Part shown: in pieces, positions 47,331-56,560 of the stretch
How positions within the stretch are numbered: the stretch's first letter is position 1
How the letters are laid out: every line of letters begins with the position of its first letter
Source: an uncultured bacterium
GTDB taxonomy: Bacteria > Patescibacteriota > Minisyncoccia > UBA6257 > GWB1-50-10
DNA: 64,000 nucleotides
Direction of reading: 5' to 3'
Assembly: GCA_963768835.1 (NCBI GenBank)
Contig: CAVYJB010000001.1
Span: forward strand, 24,420 to 88,419
Translations under genes and position numbers: made by a program
Notes under the pieces: model-generated
Told to the model about the DNA's origin: nothing
Databases searched by the model: none
Seen by the model: only the letters and a program-made list of their open reading frames with translations

Positions 47331-47720
47331 ATGAACGGAACTATTGATGGTTCGCCCAACGATCGCTCACCGCTACTTGATCCGGCGCTCCTACTGCGAC
47401 TAGGAATCGGCCTTACCCTCCTCTACGCAGCTATCCAGGCGTTTGCGAATCCTACAAGTTGGGTGGGCTTCATCCCGCATTGGCTTGGAGCTATCATCGA
47501 CCCTCAACTTTTCCTCAAGATCCATTCCTTTTTCGAGCTCGTGCTGGGAATCGCACTCGTAGCTGGATTCCGGGTGCGGTGGGCCGCAATGCTTGCCGCG
47601 CTTGATATGCTAGCCCTTCTTGTCTTCTATGGCGTGGACGACCTCACGTTTCGCGACATGGGACTTCTCATGGCGGCGCTTGCTCTCTTCGTACTGGTAC
47701 GCACCCGTCCAAGAAGATAG
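47331..47720 (+). CDS. DoxX-like small membrane protein
   Basis: Four TM helices; LLLRLGIGLTLLYAAIQAF. Confidence 0.5.
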   Translation: MNGTIDGSPNDRSPLLDPALLLRLGIGLTLLYAAIQAFANPTSWVGFIPHWLGAIIDPQLFLKIHSFFELVLGIALVAGFRVRWAAMLAALDMLALLVFYGVDDLTFRDMGLLMAALALFVLVRTRPRR

Positions 47721-47732
47721 GTATATAAAAAT

Positions 47733-47752
47733 CAGGGACCCGCGGGTCCCTG
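47733..47752. terminator. Bidirectional terminator hairpin
   Basis: Perfect palindrome cagggacccgcgggtccctg between convergent genes, A/T-rich flanks. Confidence 0.55.
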
Positions 47753-47772
47753 AATATTTCTTACGTCGGGAG

Positions 47773-48156
47773 TCACCCCTCCACAATAATCGGATTGGGC
47801 TTCTTCCCTTCAAGAATATCTTTTGTCACCACTACACAGCGAGGCTCACGTGTTCGCATCCGCCAATCTGCGAGCGGAACCGCCACATGGATCACGTCGT
47901 TCGGATCACTGGGGCGTTGAAGAAAGATGCAGCGAAATTCTTCCGTTGGACAATCGGAGCAGCCTAAGGCTTTAACTACGAAACGTCCTTCGGAAACTTC
48001 TGCGAGCGGGGTTGCTCGACCATAGGGACACCCAATCGGGACCTGAGTTTTTCTGGCATCTCGAAACATCCATCGGAACACAAAGAAAACGAGGGCGGTT
48101 AGTATAGCAACAGCTCCAATCGCCTTCCCAGCGATTACAAAAGATATGATAGGCAT
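47773..48156 (-). CDS. Membrane-anchored Cys-containing hypothetical protein (zinc-ribbon-like)
   Basis: N-terminal TM helix; CPYG ... CSDCP. Confidence 0.5.
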   Translation of the reverse strand: MPIISFVIAGKAIGAVAILTALVFFVFRWMFRDARKTQVPIGCPYGRATPLAEVSEGRFVVKALGCSDCPTEEFRCIFLQRPSDPNDVIHVAVPLADWRMRTREPRCVVVTKDILEGKKPNPIIVEG

Positions 48157-48257
48157 AGCAATCTCCTTAAAGTTAAGGGGGGTTATGCAGGGATAAATTG
48201 GTAATAGCGCTATGGTAGTTATACCTCCGTAGCGCTTTACCCGTCAACGCTCTGAGA

Positions 48258-49277
48258 TTACCCGTGCCGGATCACCATCACGTCACCATCCTGTACCACG
48301 TAGTCCTTCCCCTCAAGCCGAAGCCACCCTTTTTGTTTTGCGCCGCTCCAACCACCAGCAGTAACAAGCTTGTCATAGGAAACTACTTCTGCGCGGATAA
48401 ACTTGTGTTCAAAATCCGTGTGAATGGTTCCCGCTGCCTGGGGCGCTTTCCATCCTCTCTCAATGGTCCACGCGCGAGTCTCGTCTTCGCCAGTCGTGAA
48501 AAAGCTCATTAGGTTCAAGATACGATACGCCTCGCGGATGAGTTCAGGGATCCCACCCACCGTCGAGAGATCCGCCGCAAGGTAACCCGCGGCTTTCTGC
48601 TTCACGGTTTCGAGGAGCGCGGGCGATACCTCTGCGAGCGAACCGTTGAAAAGGACGAGTTGGGGCTTCGCGGTGAGAAGATTCAACTGGCGGATAACCG
48701 GCGTGGCAGGATCTTTTGGATTGAGCGCTGCACTTCCAGAAACAAGCCATTCGCCCTTAGCGAGCCGCTCCCGAATACGCTTGAGCGCTTCAACCTCCGC
48801 GAGCGCTTCCTTTGAACGACCGTGCGCGTCTGCTTCCGCCCGCGGGAGCCGTTTTTCAACAGTCTCGAGATCCTTCAGGGCGAGCTCGGTCTCGATAATA
48901 TCAAAATCACGTACCGGGTCTACGCCTCCTTCTACATGAATGATTTCACCGTTCTTAAATACGCGCACGAGGTGAAGAACTGCATTTGTCTCACGGATAT
49001 GCGACAGGAACTGATTCCCAAGCCCCTCGCCTTTATTAGCTCCCTTCACAAGCCCCGCAATATCGTAAAACTCCACGACCGCGGGAACGGTTTTTTTCGA
49101 GCTTGAGAGTTTCGTAAGAATATTTAACCTCTCATCGGGGACGGGAACTACGCCCACGTTCGGGTCGATGGTCGCGAAAGGATAGTTTGCGATGTGTACT
49201 TCCTGCGCGGTGAGAATTTTGAAGAGCGTCGATTTGCCGACATTTGGAAGTCCGACGATGCCGATAGAGAGTTTCAT
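48258..49277 (-). CDS. ychF: Ribosome-binding ATPase YchF
   Basis: GIVGLPNVGKSTLF P-loop; C-terminal TGS domain AAGTIHTDFEHKFIRAEVVSY. Confidence 0.93.
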   Translation of the reverse strand: MKLSIGIVGLPNVGKSTLFKILTAQEVHIANYPFATIDPNVGVVPVPDERLNILTKLSSSKKTVPAVVEFYDIAGLVKGANKGEGLGNQFLSHIRETNAVLHLVRVFKNGEIIHVEGGVDPVRDFDIIETELALKDLETVEKRLPRAEADAHGRSKEALAEVEALKRIRERLAKGEWLVSGSAALNPKDPATPVIRQLNLLTAKPQLVLFNGSLAEVSPALLETVKQKAAGYLAADLSTVGGIPELIREAYRILNLMSFFTTGEDETRAWTIERGWKAPQAAGTIHTDFEHKFIRAEVVSYDKLVTAGGWSGAKQKGWLRLEGKDYVVQDGDVMVIRHG

Positions 49278-49287
49278 GATGAGAGTC

Positions 49288-49317
49288 TTGACAAACTCAT
49301 AAAGAATATAGTATACT
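49288..49317 (+). promoter_or_regulatory. Sigma70-like promoter (TTGACA-N18-TATACT) for the 49372 gene
   Basis: Exact -35 hexamer and a 5/6 match at -10, in the divergent ychF intergenic region. Confidence 0.6.
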
Positions 49318-49371
49318 GCGACCGGATGTTTTACAACCCACTATACCATAACCACCTGAAGGAGGTGTGGC

Positions 49372-49875
49372 TTGAAACGACCTGAGGCTATTATTGCATT
49401 CGCATTCGGCGGTCGTACAAATCAGCAGCCAGGCAAAAGCAACGAGGCGCTCGCCCAAGTAGTGAACAGCTACCAGTGGGCGAACCCTAACACCGTCATC
49501 GTTGCACAACAAGAAATCGCCGGGCAACTTAAACCAGCGGCAGGTTGTACAATTCGCTGGCACCGAAAAGAGGGCGACTATCTCGATACGGACGAGGTCG
49601 CAACACAAGCCCTAATTCACCTTCACAACTTCGATCCAACTGCAGAGTGGTCCATCCTTGTGGCGGCACAACCGTTCATCCACCGATTTCAAGCCGTCGG
49701 GTTGGTCCGAAAGATTGCCCTCTCGCGCTATCCAATGCAGAGATTTATCGTGCGGAGGCTTCAAACCGGACGGATACCGTTCGACCGTGAATCCATCCAA
49801 TGGTGGACGCGGGGACCATTTCGTTTTTTTCTCTACGCGATCGGGCGTGTGGCCCTGGATCGCCGCGGACCCTGA
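49372..49875 (+). CDS. Hypothetical protein (possibly DUF218/SanA-like)
   Basis: AIIAFAFGGRTNQ N-terminus; promoter upstream and terminator downstream. Confidence 0.45.
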   Translation: MKRPEAIIAFAFGGRTNQQPGKSNEALAQVVNSYQWANPNTVIVAQQEIAGQLKPAAGCTIRWHRKEGDYLDTDEVATQALIHLHNFDPTAEWSILVAAQPFIHRFQAVGLVRKIALSRYPMQRFIVRRLQTGRIPFDRESIQWWTRGPFRFFLYAIGRVALDRRGP

Positions 49876-49894
49876 GGGCGTGAAAAAACACATT

Positions 49895-49919
49895 AGGACG
49901 GGAGATTATCTCCCGTCCT
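49895..49919. terminator. Bidirectional terminator
   Basis: aggacgggaga tta tctcccgtcct hairpin; aaaaaaca upstream and ttgctatttatt downstream. Confidence 0.7.
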
Positions 49920-49921
49920 TG

Positions 49922-50464
49922 CTATTTATTGTCTTGAATTAAGAATCGGTACCGCTTCTTCGCCCATACCGGTCCGGCATATTCCACGCCGATACGCGCT
50001 GTACGCCTGATACGCGATTTTGGAATTCTTACTCCCCTATCTTCTATCCATAATCCTGCCCGCCGGGTGGCGGGTTTTTTATTAAACCGATTGTTGATTT
50101 TAAGAAACCTCGTAAGCCGGGCGGGACCGTCAATGCGTTTCCCCTCCACCTCGATGCCGCGGACGAGAACCGCCGCGGGATATCCTTCCTTTCCCGTCAC
50201 AATGTTAAGCATCCAATGCATCCCGTAAGTGAAATAGACATACCAACAACCAGCTGGCCCAAACATTACCGCATTCCGTTTCGTTCTCCCGCGTGAAGCG
50301 TGCGAAGCCTTATCGCGCGACCCGTCATAGGCCTCTACCTCGGTTACCATGACAGCAACCATTCGTCGTCCAACCTTCCGCACGAGATATTTTCCAAGCA
50401 GCCTCTGCGCGACTGCAAGCGTAGAATTGCTAAAGAATTTATATGTTAGAATATTTGACATCAT
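49922..50464 (-). CDS. DNA-3-methyladenine glycosylase (Mpg/AAG family)
   Basis: VAQRLLGKYLV ... VTEVEAYDG ... HASRGRTKRNAVMFGPAG ... YVYFTYGMHWMLNIV typical of PF02245. Confidence 0.88.
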   Translation of the reverse strand: MMSNILTYKFFSNSTLAVAQRLLGKYLVRKVGRRMVAVMVTEVEAYDGSRDKASHASRGRTKRNAVMFGPAGCWYVYFTYGMHWMLNIVTGKEGYPAAVLVRGIEVEGKRIDGPARLTRFLKINNRFNKKPATRRAGLWIEDRGVRIPKSRIRRTARIGVEYAGPVWAKKRYRFLIQDNK

Positions 50465-50539
50465 TGCGACCTGGTGCTATCACTTGAAATAGCACCACAA
50501 CAACTAGGCACAGATTCATCCACCATCTGGAGGTTCCCG

Positions 50540-50764
50540 ATGAACACCCCGATTACACAGCGTCCGGCGGAGAAATCAGTGGGGGCACAACTAGCAGACT
50601 GCATCTTTGGGATGGCGACCCTAGCTCTAGCCCTCTTCCTCTTCCACCGCTTCGGTATCGACAAAAATCTACTCGAGCTGTTCGTAGGAGTGTTATGTCT
50701 CTTGCTTTCCGTCGGGGCCTCCGACAATGACCCCAATGACGATGGCCCCTGCGGTGGCCCGTAG
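50540..50764 (+). CDS. Small hypothetical membrane protein
   Basis: ggagg RBS 7 nt upstream of the ATG; two hydrophobic helices; acidic Cys-containing tail. Confidence 0.4.
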   Translation: MNTPITQRPAEKSVGAQLADCIFGMATLALALFLFHRFGIDKNLLELFVGVLCLLLSVGASDNDPNDDGPCGGP

Positions 50765-50839
50765 TACAGATCCGATCCCGTAACCCTCGGGCAGTATCCG
50801 AATTATTAAAGCAATCTCTGCACCTCTGCGATAATTTCA

Positions 50840-51178
50840 CTAGGCACCGGATCCCTCTCGGGGCTCTTCCCTGGGTAGCGCCAGGCCGTGATAACCTTCA
50901 GCTTCCCTCCCGTTTGCGGTACCACCGCGAACGGGCTTTTTTTTATCTTTATCTTTTTTTTCTTGTCGCTGAATTTTATACATCACCCAAATCTCCTGAT
51001 ATTTGGAGGTACCCGCCGACTGCATCACCGCAACCGTCCGAGGTGCAATCCCTTCTTCTGTGCGGGCAGGAAATCGAATGACACGTTTGATACGAGATTC
51101 CGAAAGCCCGTAGAATTGCATCTTCTCCCACACGTGGTGCGTCCACGCGTAGTGCGCATCATCCTTAGGCGGTTTCAT
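50840..51178 (-). CDS. DUF4258-like (toxin-like) domain protein
   Basis: YAWTHHVWEKMQFYGLSESRIKRVI ... EIWVMYKI resembles the DUF4258 consensus (TxHAxERMxERGIsxxEI ... VVY). Confidence 0.45.
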   Translation of the reverse strand: MKPPKDDAHYAWTHHVWEKMQFYGLSESRIKRVIRFPARTEEGIAPRTVAVMQSAGTSKYQEIWVMYKIQRQEKKDKDKKKPVRGGTANGREAEGYHGLALPREEPREGSGA

Positions 51179-51181
51179 CTT

Positions 51182-51757
51182 TTAGCGGCCGTAGAGGCCG
51201 ATAAGTGTCGCTTCTTCAAGAACGTGGCCATCCATCGCGCGCTCCAGATCTGCTTTTGTAGAAGCATCGGGAAGCGCCAAAACCACATCCAATGCGTAAA
51301 GCTTGAACATATATCGGTGGGGCTTCGCTGCACTTCCTCGTGGCGGACACGGGCCTCCGTATCGCTGCTTCCCGAAACCTGTCATCCCTTGCACCGCACC
51401 AGAGGGCACGTTGTCTTCGGACACGTACTGTGTTTTTGCATCAATGTTCCACACGATCCAATGATCAAAAGGGACGCCGCGTGTCGCGTCCGGATCGTCC
51501 ACTACGAGCGCTAACGATTTCGCGTCGGGCGGAACACTTTTCACCTCGAGCATCGGGTTCACATCATCCCCGTCACAGGTGAACTTTGACGGGATGGCTT
51601 CGTTGTTCTTGAAAGATGAGCTTTTGAGTTCCATAGTTCCGGCAGAAATTTTGAGTGGTGGCGGGGGCAGTAACGTTTGGGATGTTCGAGTTATAACGTA
51701 CGAGCCCCCCGCTGCAAGAGCCAGCACGACAACCAGGGAAAGGATGGTGCGTCGCAT
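51182..51757 (-). CDS. YbhB/YbcL-family phosphatidylethanolamine-binding protein (PEBP)
   Basis: FTCDG ... DPDAT ... FDHWIVWNI ... YGGPCPPRG ... HRYMFKLYAL; signal peptide; start at MRRTILSL. Confidence 0.85.
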   Translation of the reverse strand: MRRTILSLVVVLALAAGGSYVITRTSQTLLPPPPLKISAGTMELKSSSFKNNEAIPSKFTCDGDDVNPMLEVKSVPPDAKSLALVVDDPDATRGVPFDHWIVWNIDAKTQYVSEDNVPSGAVQGMTGFGKQRYGGPCPPRGSAAKPHRYMFKLYALDVVLALPDASTKADLERAMDGHVLEEATLIGLYGR

Positions 51758-51832
51758 ACCGTATTCACTTGCCGTATAACTATACCGCAGTGGAATTTTG
51801 AATGACAATGCCCCTATAATGAGGGGGTTCCT

Positions 51833-52936
51833 ATGGCACTGGCAATCTATCGGCGATATCGCCCCGCCACCTTTGGAGACCTCCTGGGACAGGAGCTCAC
51901 GGTCCGCATTCTCAGGGAGGCGGCTCGTCAGGATACCCTGGCCCATGCCTACCTTTTCGCGGGACCCCGCGGTACAGGGAAAACTACCACGGCTCGGCTT
52001 ATCGCGAAAATCGCGAACTGCGAGAAACGCGCGTCAGATGCTGCCTTCCGTGCGAAAGGAGAGCCCTGCAATGCGTGCGCGCACTGCCACGACATCGACG
52101 AAGGGCGCTCGCTCGATGTCATTGAGATTGATGCGGCCTCGAACCGAGGTATCGACGAGATACGGAACCTGAAGGAGAGCGTGCGCACCGAGCCCTCCTC
52201 CGCACGCTACAAGGTTTTCATTATCGACGAAGCACATCAGCTCACCAAAGATGCATGGAACGCGCTCCTTAAAACCCTAGAGGAACCGCCCGCGCACGTC
52301 ATTATGGTGCTCGCCACCACAGAAGCGGACCGGGTACCGGCGACTATTCTCTCACGCGCCCAGCAGTTTTACTTCCGCCATGTACCTTTAGAAACCATCG
52401 TCATGAAACTGAAACGCATCGCAACCGCGGAAAAGATCGCCATCGCGCCTGACGCTCTGGAGCTTATCGCAGCCTCTGGAGAAGGCAGTTTCCGCGATGC
52501 AGAGTCGCTCTTAGATCAACTAGTCGCCTTTAAAGACAAGAACCTCACGCTTGAGGATGTGGAATCGCTGGTTGGCAAGGTGGGCTTCCGGACACTCGCG
52601 GACTTCGCTGGGTATCTCCTTGCCGGCGAGGTTCCGAAAGCCTTGGAGAAGCTCGCGGGGGTAACCGACCGTGGCTACAATCTCACCCAGTTCACCAAGG
52701 ACCTCATCACATATCTCAGGCGTGCGGCTGTTCTACATTATGACCCGCAAATGGAAACCTTGTTCCAAGATGAACTTGCTCCAGACCACCTAACGCAACT
52801 CACGGCGCATTCTAAGCTCTTCACGGAACACCATCTCCTGCTCCTCAAGGGCCTCATCACCGCGTACGGCCAGATGCGCTACAGTCCGTTCCCTATCGTT
52901 CCCCTCGAAATCGCGATCCTCGAAGCCGGTGTGTAG
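51833..52936 (+). CDS. dnaX: DNA polymerase III subunit gamma/tau (short, gamma-only form)
   Basis: GPRGTGKTT P-loop, C-x-x-C zinc module (CNACAHC), DEAH Walker B, SRAQ. Confidence 0.92.
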   Translation: MALAIYRRYRPATFGDLLGQELTVRILREAARQDTLAHAYLFAGPRGTGKTTTARLIAKIANCEKRASDAAFRAKGEPCNACAHCHDIDEGRSLDVIEIDAASNRGIDEIRNLKESVRTEPSSARYKVFIIDEAHQLTKDAWNALLKTLEEPPAHVIMVLATTEADRVPATILSRAQQFYFRHVPLETIVMKLKRIATAEKIAIAPDALELIAASGEGSFRDAESLLDQLVAFKDKNLTLEDVESLVGKVGFRTLADFAGYLLAGEVPKALEKLAGVTDRGYNLTQFTKDLITYLRRAAVLHYDPQMETLFQDELAPDHLTQLTAHSKLFTEHHLLLLKGLITAYGQMRYSPFPIVPLEIAILEAGV

Positions 52937-52945
52937 ATATTTAGG

Positions 52946-53608
52946 ATGAACCCTGTATTCTCTTCCAAGACCCTCTCGCGGGGCGCGAAGGTCGCCATCG
53001 GTATCGCGCTCTCCTGTCTCGTGGTGCTCGTGGGGACACTGCTCTACATCGCATCGCACGAACACGCCGCAACGGCTTGCACCCAGGACGCAAAAATCTG
53101 TCCCGACGGATCTACAGTCGGTCGTGTCGGCCCTTACTGCCAGTTCGCCGACTGTCCCTCAACGAGTACGGTAGGCGGCGCACCAGGCAGCGTGGCCTGC
53201 GCGGAGGACATGCGCGCCTGTCCGGATGGAAGTCTTGTTCCGCGCGTGCCCCCCTCCTGCGATTTCGCTCCCTGCAATTCACAAACGGGGTTTGGCACCC
53301 TCGAAGGCCACGTGACGATCGGCCCCATTTGCCCCGTGGAACGCCCCGGACAGCCATGCCCTGTACCACCAGAAATGTACGCGGCGCGGAAGGTCCTGAT
53401 CTACAACGCCGATCGAACAGTGCTCATCCAAACCGTTTCCTTGGACACGAGCGGAAATTACCGCATCCGACTTGCCGTGGGGCGCTACACGGTGGACGTG
53501 AGCCGCGCGGGCGGCATAGGAGGAGTCCGTGGCGTTCCCACAATCGCTCCCATCGAACCAAACGGAACCGCGACAGTTGATATCATGATCGATACCGGGA
53601 TACGATAG
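52946..53608 (+). CDS. Membrane-anchored protein with a tandem 4-Cys repeat and C-terminal Ig-like domain
   Basis: Two copies of C..D...CPDGS.V.RV.P.C.FA.C; C-terminal GNYRIRLAVGRYTVDV beta-sandwich-like. Confidence 0.55.
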   Translation: MNPVFSSKTLSRGAKVAIGIALSCLVVLVGTLLYIASHEHAATACTQDAKICPDGSTVGRVGPYCQFADCPSTSTVGGAPGSVACAEDMRACPDGSLVPRVPPSCDFAPCNSQTGFGTLEGHVTIGPICPVERPGQPCPVPPEMYAARKVLIYNADRTVLIQTVSLDTSGNYRIRLAVGRYTVDVSRAGGIGGVRGVPTIAPIEPNGTATVDIMIDTGIR

Positions 53609-53645
53609 TTTCGGGTTTACCGTTCATCGTTTATAGTTTTGACAT

Positions 53646-53716
53646 TGGGAGGTCGTCTAACGGTAGGACATGGGCCTTTGGAGCCCAGTATGAAGGTTCG
53701 ATTCCTTCCCTCCCAA
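53646..53716 (+). tRNA. tRNA-Gln (anticodon TTG), CCA not encoded
   Basis: Manual fold: TGGGAGG/CCTCCCA acceptor, D-stem GTCT/GGAC, anticodon stem TGGGC/GCCCA with loop CTTTGGA, T-arm GAAGG-TTCGATT-CCTTC, A73. Confidence 0.8.
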
Positions 53717-53911
53717 CTAGAACAGTCCGTGTGGCACCAGAAAAAGCAAGCGCTCTTTACCCCCACCGCCCTTGGACTGTGGACAAATCTCTGTATAATC
53801 TAGGGTAGTAGTTTGGGGGCCTAGGGAAACCCCACAGTAGTTCTTTCCAATCAAATCGAGAATGGAATGCTCTGGAACCTAAAAGGTCGAATTGTGATAG
53901 TACCTAACCGA

Positions 53912-54619
53912 ATGAAGAAAACGCTTGTCATCGCTGTTGCCCTGTTTGTAGGACTCGGAACCGGAGCCGTATCGGGAGTGGCACATGCCGCAAACTCCAA
54001 TCTCAGTGAGCACGACCGGATCGTTCTCCAGTCAGAACTCGATGCGCTGAAGGGCACTCTTCTGCAACTCCAGACGGAATATGCGGTCCTTGCCCCCTCC
54101 GCTCCGGTCGCCGTAACCCCACCCGAGGAATCAGGGACCGTGTGGGATCCTACTGAACTCTCCGCATTGAAGGACGGGCTCGACATGTTGGAGGTGACCC
54201 TTGCAGAGCTCCAGCTTCGAGTTGAAGCAGGCGCTGTGCCGGTTGCGAATCGCGCGGCCATTGCCGTGAGCCTCGGTTCTCTGGGAAATGCTCTTGCCGC
54301 TATCGGTGATAGCATGACCCCGACGGTTGCCCAGTCGCAAAGCTCAGCTCCGGCAGCAGAATCGGCCCCCATCGTAACCCAGGCGCAACCCCCTGTTCCG
54401 CAGAGTAACACCGACCTTAATTCGGCCCCTGGGAGCGCCCCTGCCGCGGCTGTAAACAACCAAGCCCTAGCATCGGAGGCCCAGAACGCAGGTCCGAACG
54501 GGATGGTGGTTGCGGGCATCGTAATCCTGATTGCCGCCGTCATCGCTATCTGGTTTTGGAGAGCAAGGGCAGGTGCAAAAGCACCGAAACCGACTCCGAC
54601 ATACCCCAAAAGGGCATAA
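53912..54619 (+). CDS. Secreted Ala/Pro/Gln-rich protein with C-terminal membrane anchor
   Basis: Signal peptide MKKTLVIAVALFVGLGTGAVSGVAHA; coiled-coil segment; C-terminal TM plus basic tail. Confidence 0.55.
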   Translation: MKKTLVIAVALFVGLGTGAVSGVAHAANSNLSEHDRIVLQSELDALKGTLLQLQTEYAVLAPSAPVAVTPPEESGTVWDPTELSALKDGLDMLEVTLAELQLRVEAGAVPVANRAAIAVSLGSLGNALAAIGDSMTPTVAQSQSSAPAAESAPIVTQAQPPVPQSNTDLNSAPGSAPAAAVNNQALASEAQNAGPNGMVVAGIVILIAAVIAIWFWRARAGAKAPKPTPTYPKRA

Positions 54620-54656
54620 AAAGAAGATCCGCTTGGCCAGGCGGATTTTCTTTTTA
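54620..54656 (+). terminator. Rho-independent terminator
   Basis: atccgc ttggccag gcggat hairpin followed by tttctttttat. Confidence 0.7.
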
Positions 54657-54694
54657 TGCCGTTTTCCTTGTGCACTTTATCTACCATCCCCATT

Positions 54695-54703
54695 TGGTAC
54701 AAT
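54695..54703 (+). promoter_or_regulatory. Extended -10 promoter (TGgTACAAT) giving a near-leaderless transcript for the first GH130-like gene
   Basis: tggtacaat ending 10 nt before the ATG at 54714. Confidence 0.4.
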
Positions 54704-54713
54704 AGAGGTTGGC

Positions 54714-56558
54714 ATGAGTATTCCCAACCCATCTGGGGCTGCTGGTGTGTTTGGAACCGACAAGGAGGTCCTGCTTTTGTACACCTCGTTTGATAGCAGG
54801 AAAAAGTCCAGCCGATTTCACGTAGCAACCAGTTCGGACGGGATGAAGTTCTCGTCCTCCGAAAAAGTTCCGACTATCGCCGGTCCTACGCGCGGATCGC
54901 GCGAAGAAGCTCGGCGATGTGAAGATCTCTATATCTCGCGACTGTCGGGGAAATACCTTCTTACCTACCTTAAAAAAGTGGGGCGCACGCACACGTTCCG
55001 TATCGCGACCAGCATCGATGGCCTTCACTGGACATCCGAGGGAACAATCTCGGGCGTTCATGAACCCGGCGCTGTCATCCCAAACTTCGAATACCGCGGT
55101 GAACGCGCTCTTCTTTTCGGCGCGACCTCGCTTCACCTCGCGCTCTCCAAAAACCTGAAGAGCTGGAAGCAGGTCCGCTCCCCCATCTTAAAACCACGCC
55201 GAGGGCAGTTTGATAGCGCCGCGGTCGCGTTCGCCGGAACCTTCCTCACAACGCGTGGCATTGCGGTTCTCTACATCGGGACGGACCGCCGCGGCCATCG
55301 AGGCATCGGAGCGGCGGTTCTAGATCCCAACGATCTCACACGTGTCCGATGGCGAACCGAGTTCGCTCTTTGGGAGGCGCCCCTCGAATGGAAATCTGAG
55401 GATGTGCATTTGGTAGGCTGTGTCCATCGCAAAGAACATTCCTTGGTCTACTGGGAGGTCCGCGGGAAAGGTATTCTCGTGGCACCCGTACCAGCCGCCT
55501 GGCGCGACTTCAGGGTTCCACCGCTTGGAACATCTGAGGGGTTGAAACTTAAGAAGTCCGACCGGAATCCCCTGATCGCTCCCCACCCCGGGCATCGGTG
55601 GGAATCTCAAGCCACATTCAATGCTGCCGCCGCGCACGACGGGGGTGCGATCCACCTACTCTATCGAGCCATCGGGGACGACGGAGTCTCGGTTCTCGGC
55701 TATGCCGCAAGTCGCGATGGCATCCACATTGACGAGCGGCTCCCAGAGCCCGCTTACGTGCCCACCCGAGCTTTCGAAGGCCCCCAGCAGGACCGGAAGC
55801 TCCGCGTAGAATACGTTTCTGGAGGCGGCTATGGCGGTTGCGAAGACCCACGGCTCACCCGCATCGGCAACCGATACTACATGACCTATGTGGCATTTAA
55901 TGGATGGGACCTGCCCCGCGTGGCGCTTACCTCCATCGACGCCGATGATTTCCTGAACAAGCGGTGGACTTGGGCAGCTCCTGTTCTTATCTCACCGCCG
56001 GGCGTCATCGACAAGAACGCTTGCATCCTCCCCGAGAAGGTCCGAGGCAAATATGTGGTGTTCCACCGCGTCTTTCCGAACATTCAAATTGATTTTGTGG
56101 ACGACCTCGACGCTTTCGATGGACAAACAACGTGGCTTAAGCCCCATGGCGACGCCGAGATACGCCCACGACCCACAATGTGGGACAGCCGCAAAGTAGG
56201 AGCTGGCGCTCCTCCCCTAAAGACTCGCGACGGCTGGCTTCTTATCTACCAGGCAATTGGAAATCAAGACGCGTCCCGTTACAAGATTGGCGCGATGCTG
56301 CTGGATCTCAAAGACCCCACGGTCGTTCTCGCCCGCTCGAAGGTACCAATCGTGGAACCCGTCGAACCCTATGAAAACGAGGGGCACAAATGGGGCGTGG
56401 TATACCCTTGTGGGGCTGTAGAAAAAGATGGAGAACTCTTCGTATATTATGGAGGCGCCGACAAGGTCACCTGCGTTGCGACCGCTCCGCTGCAACCGTT
56501 TGTGGACGAACTGAAGCGCTCTGAGAAACCGACGCTCTCTCCGATTCATTTTGCCTGA
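54714..56558 (+). CDS. Double-domain GH130-like protein (PF04041 glycosidase / beta-mannoside phosphorylase-like), paralog 1
   Basis: Two ~300-aa halves each with FNAAA..DGG.IHLLYRAIGDDGVSVLGYAASRDGIHIDERL and GGCEDPRLTRIG.RYYMTY blocks; start at MSIPNPSG. Confidence 0.8.
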   Translation: MSIPNPSGAAGVFGTDKEVLLLYTSFDSRKKSSRFHVATSSDGMKFSSSEKVPTIAGPTRGSREEARRCEDLYISRLSGKYLLTYLKKVGRTHTFRIATSIDGLHWTSEGTISGVHEPGAVIPNFEYRGERALLFGATSLHLALSKNLKSWKQVRSPILKPRRGQFDSAAVAFAGTFLTTRGIAVLYIGTDRRGHRGIGAAVLDPNDLTRVRWRTEFALWEAPLEWKSEDVHLVGCVHRKEHSLVYWEVRGKGILVAPVPAAWRDFRVPPLGTSEGLKLKKSDRNPLIAPHPGHRWESQATFNAAAAHDGGAIHLLYRAIGDDGVSVLGYAASRDGIHIDERLPEPAYVPTRAFEGPQQDRKLRVEYVSGGGYGGCEDPRLTRIGNRYYMTYVAFNGWDLPRVALTSIDADDFLNKRWTWAAPVLISPPGVIDKNACILPEKVRGKYVVFHRVFPNIQIDFVDDLDAFDGQTTWLKPHGDAEIRPRPTMWDSRKVGAGAPPLKTRDGWLLIYQAIGNQDASRYKIGAMLLDLKDPTVVLARSKVPIVEPVEPYENEGHKWGVVYPCGAVEKDGELFVYYGGADKVTCVATAPLQPFVDELKRSEKPTLSPIHFA

Positions 56559-56560
56559 AC

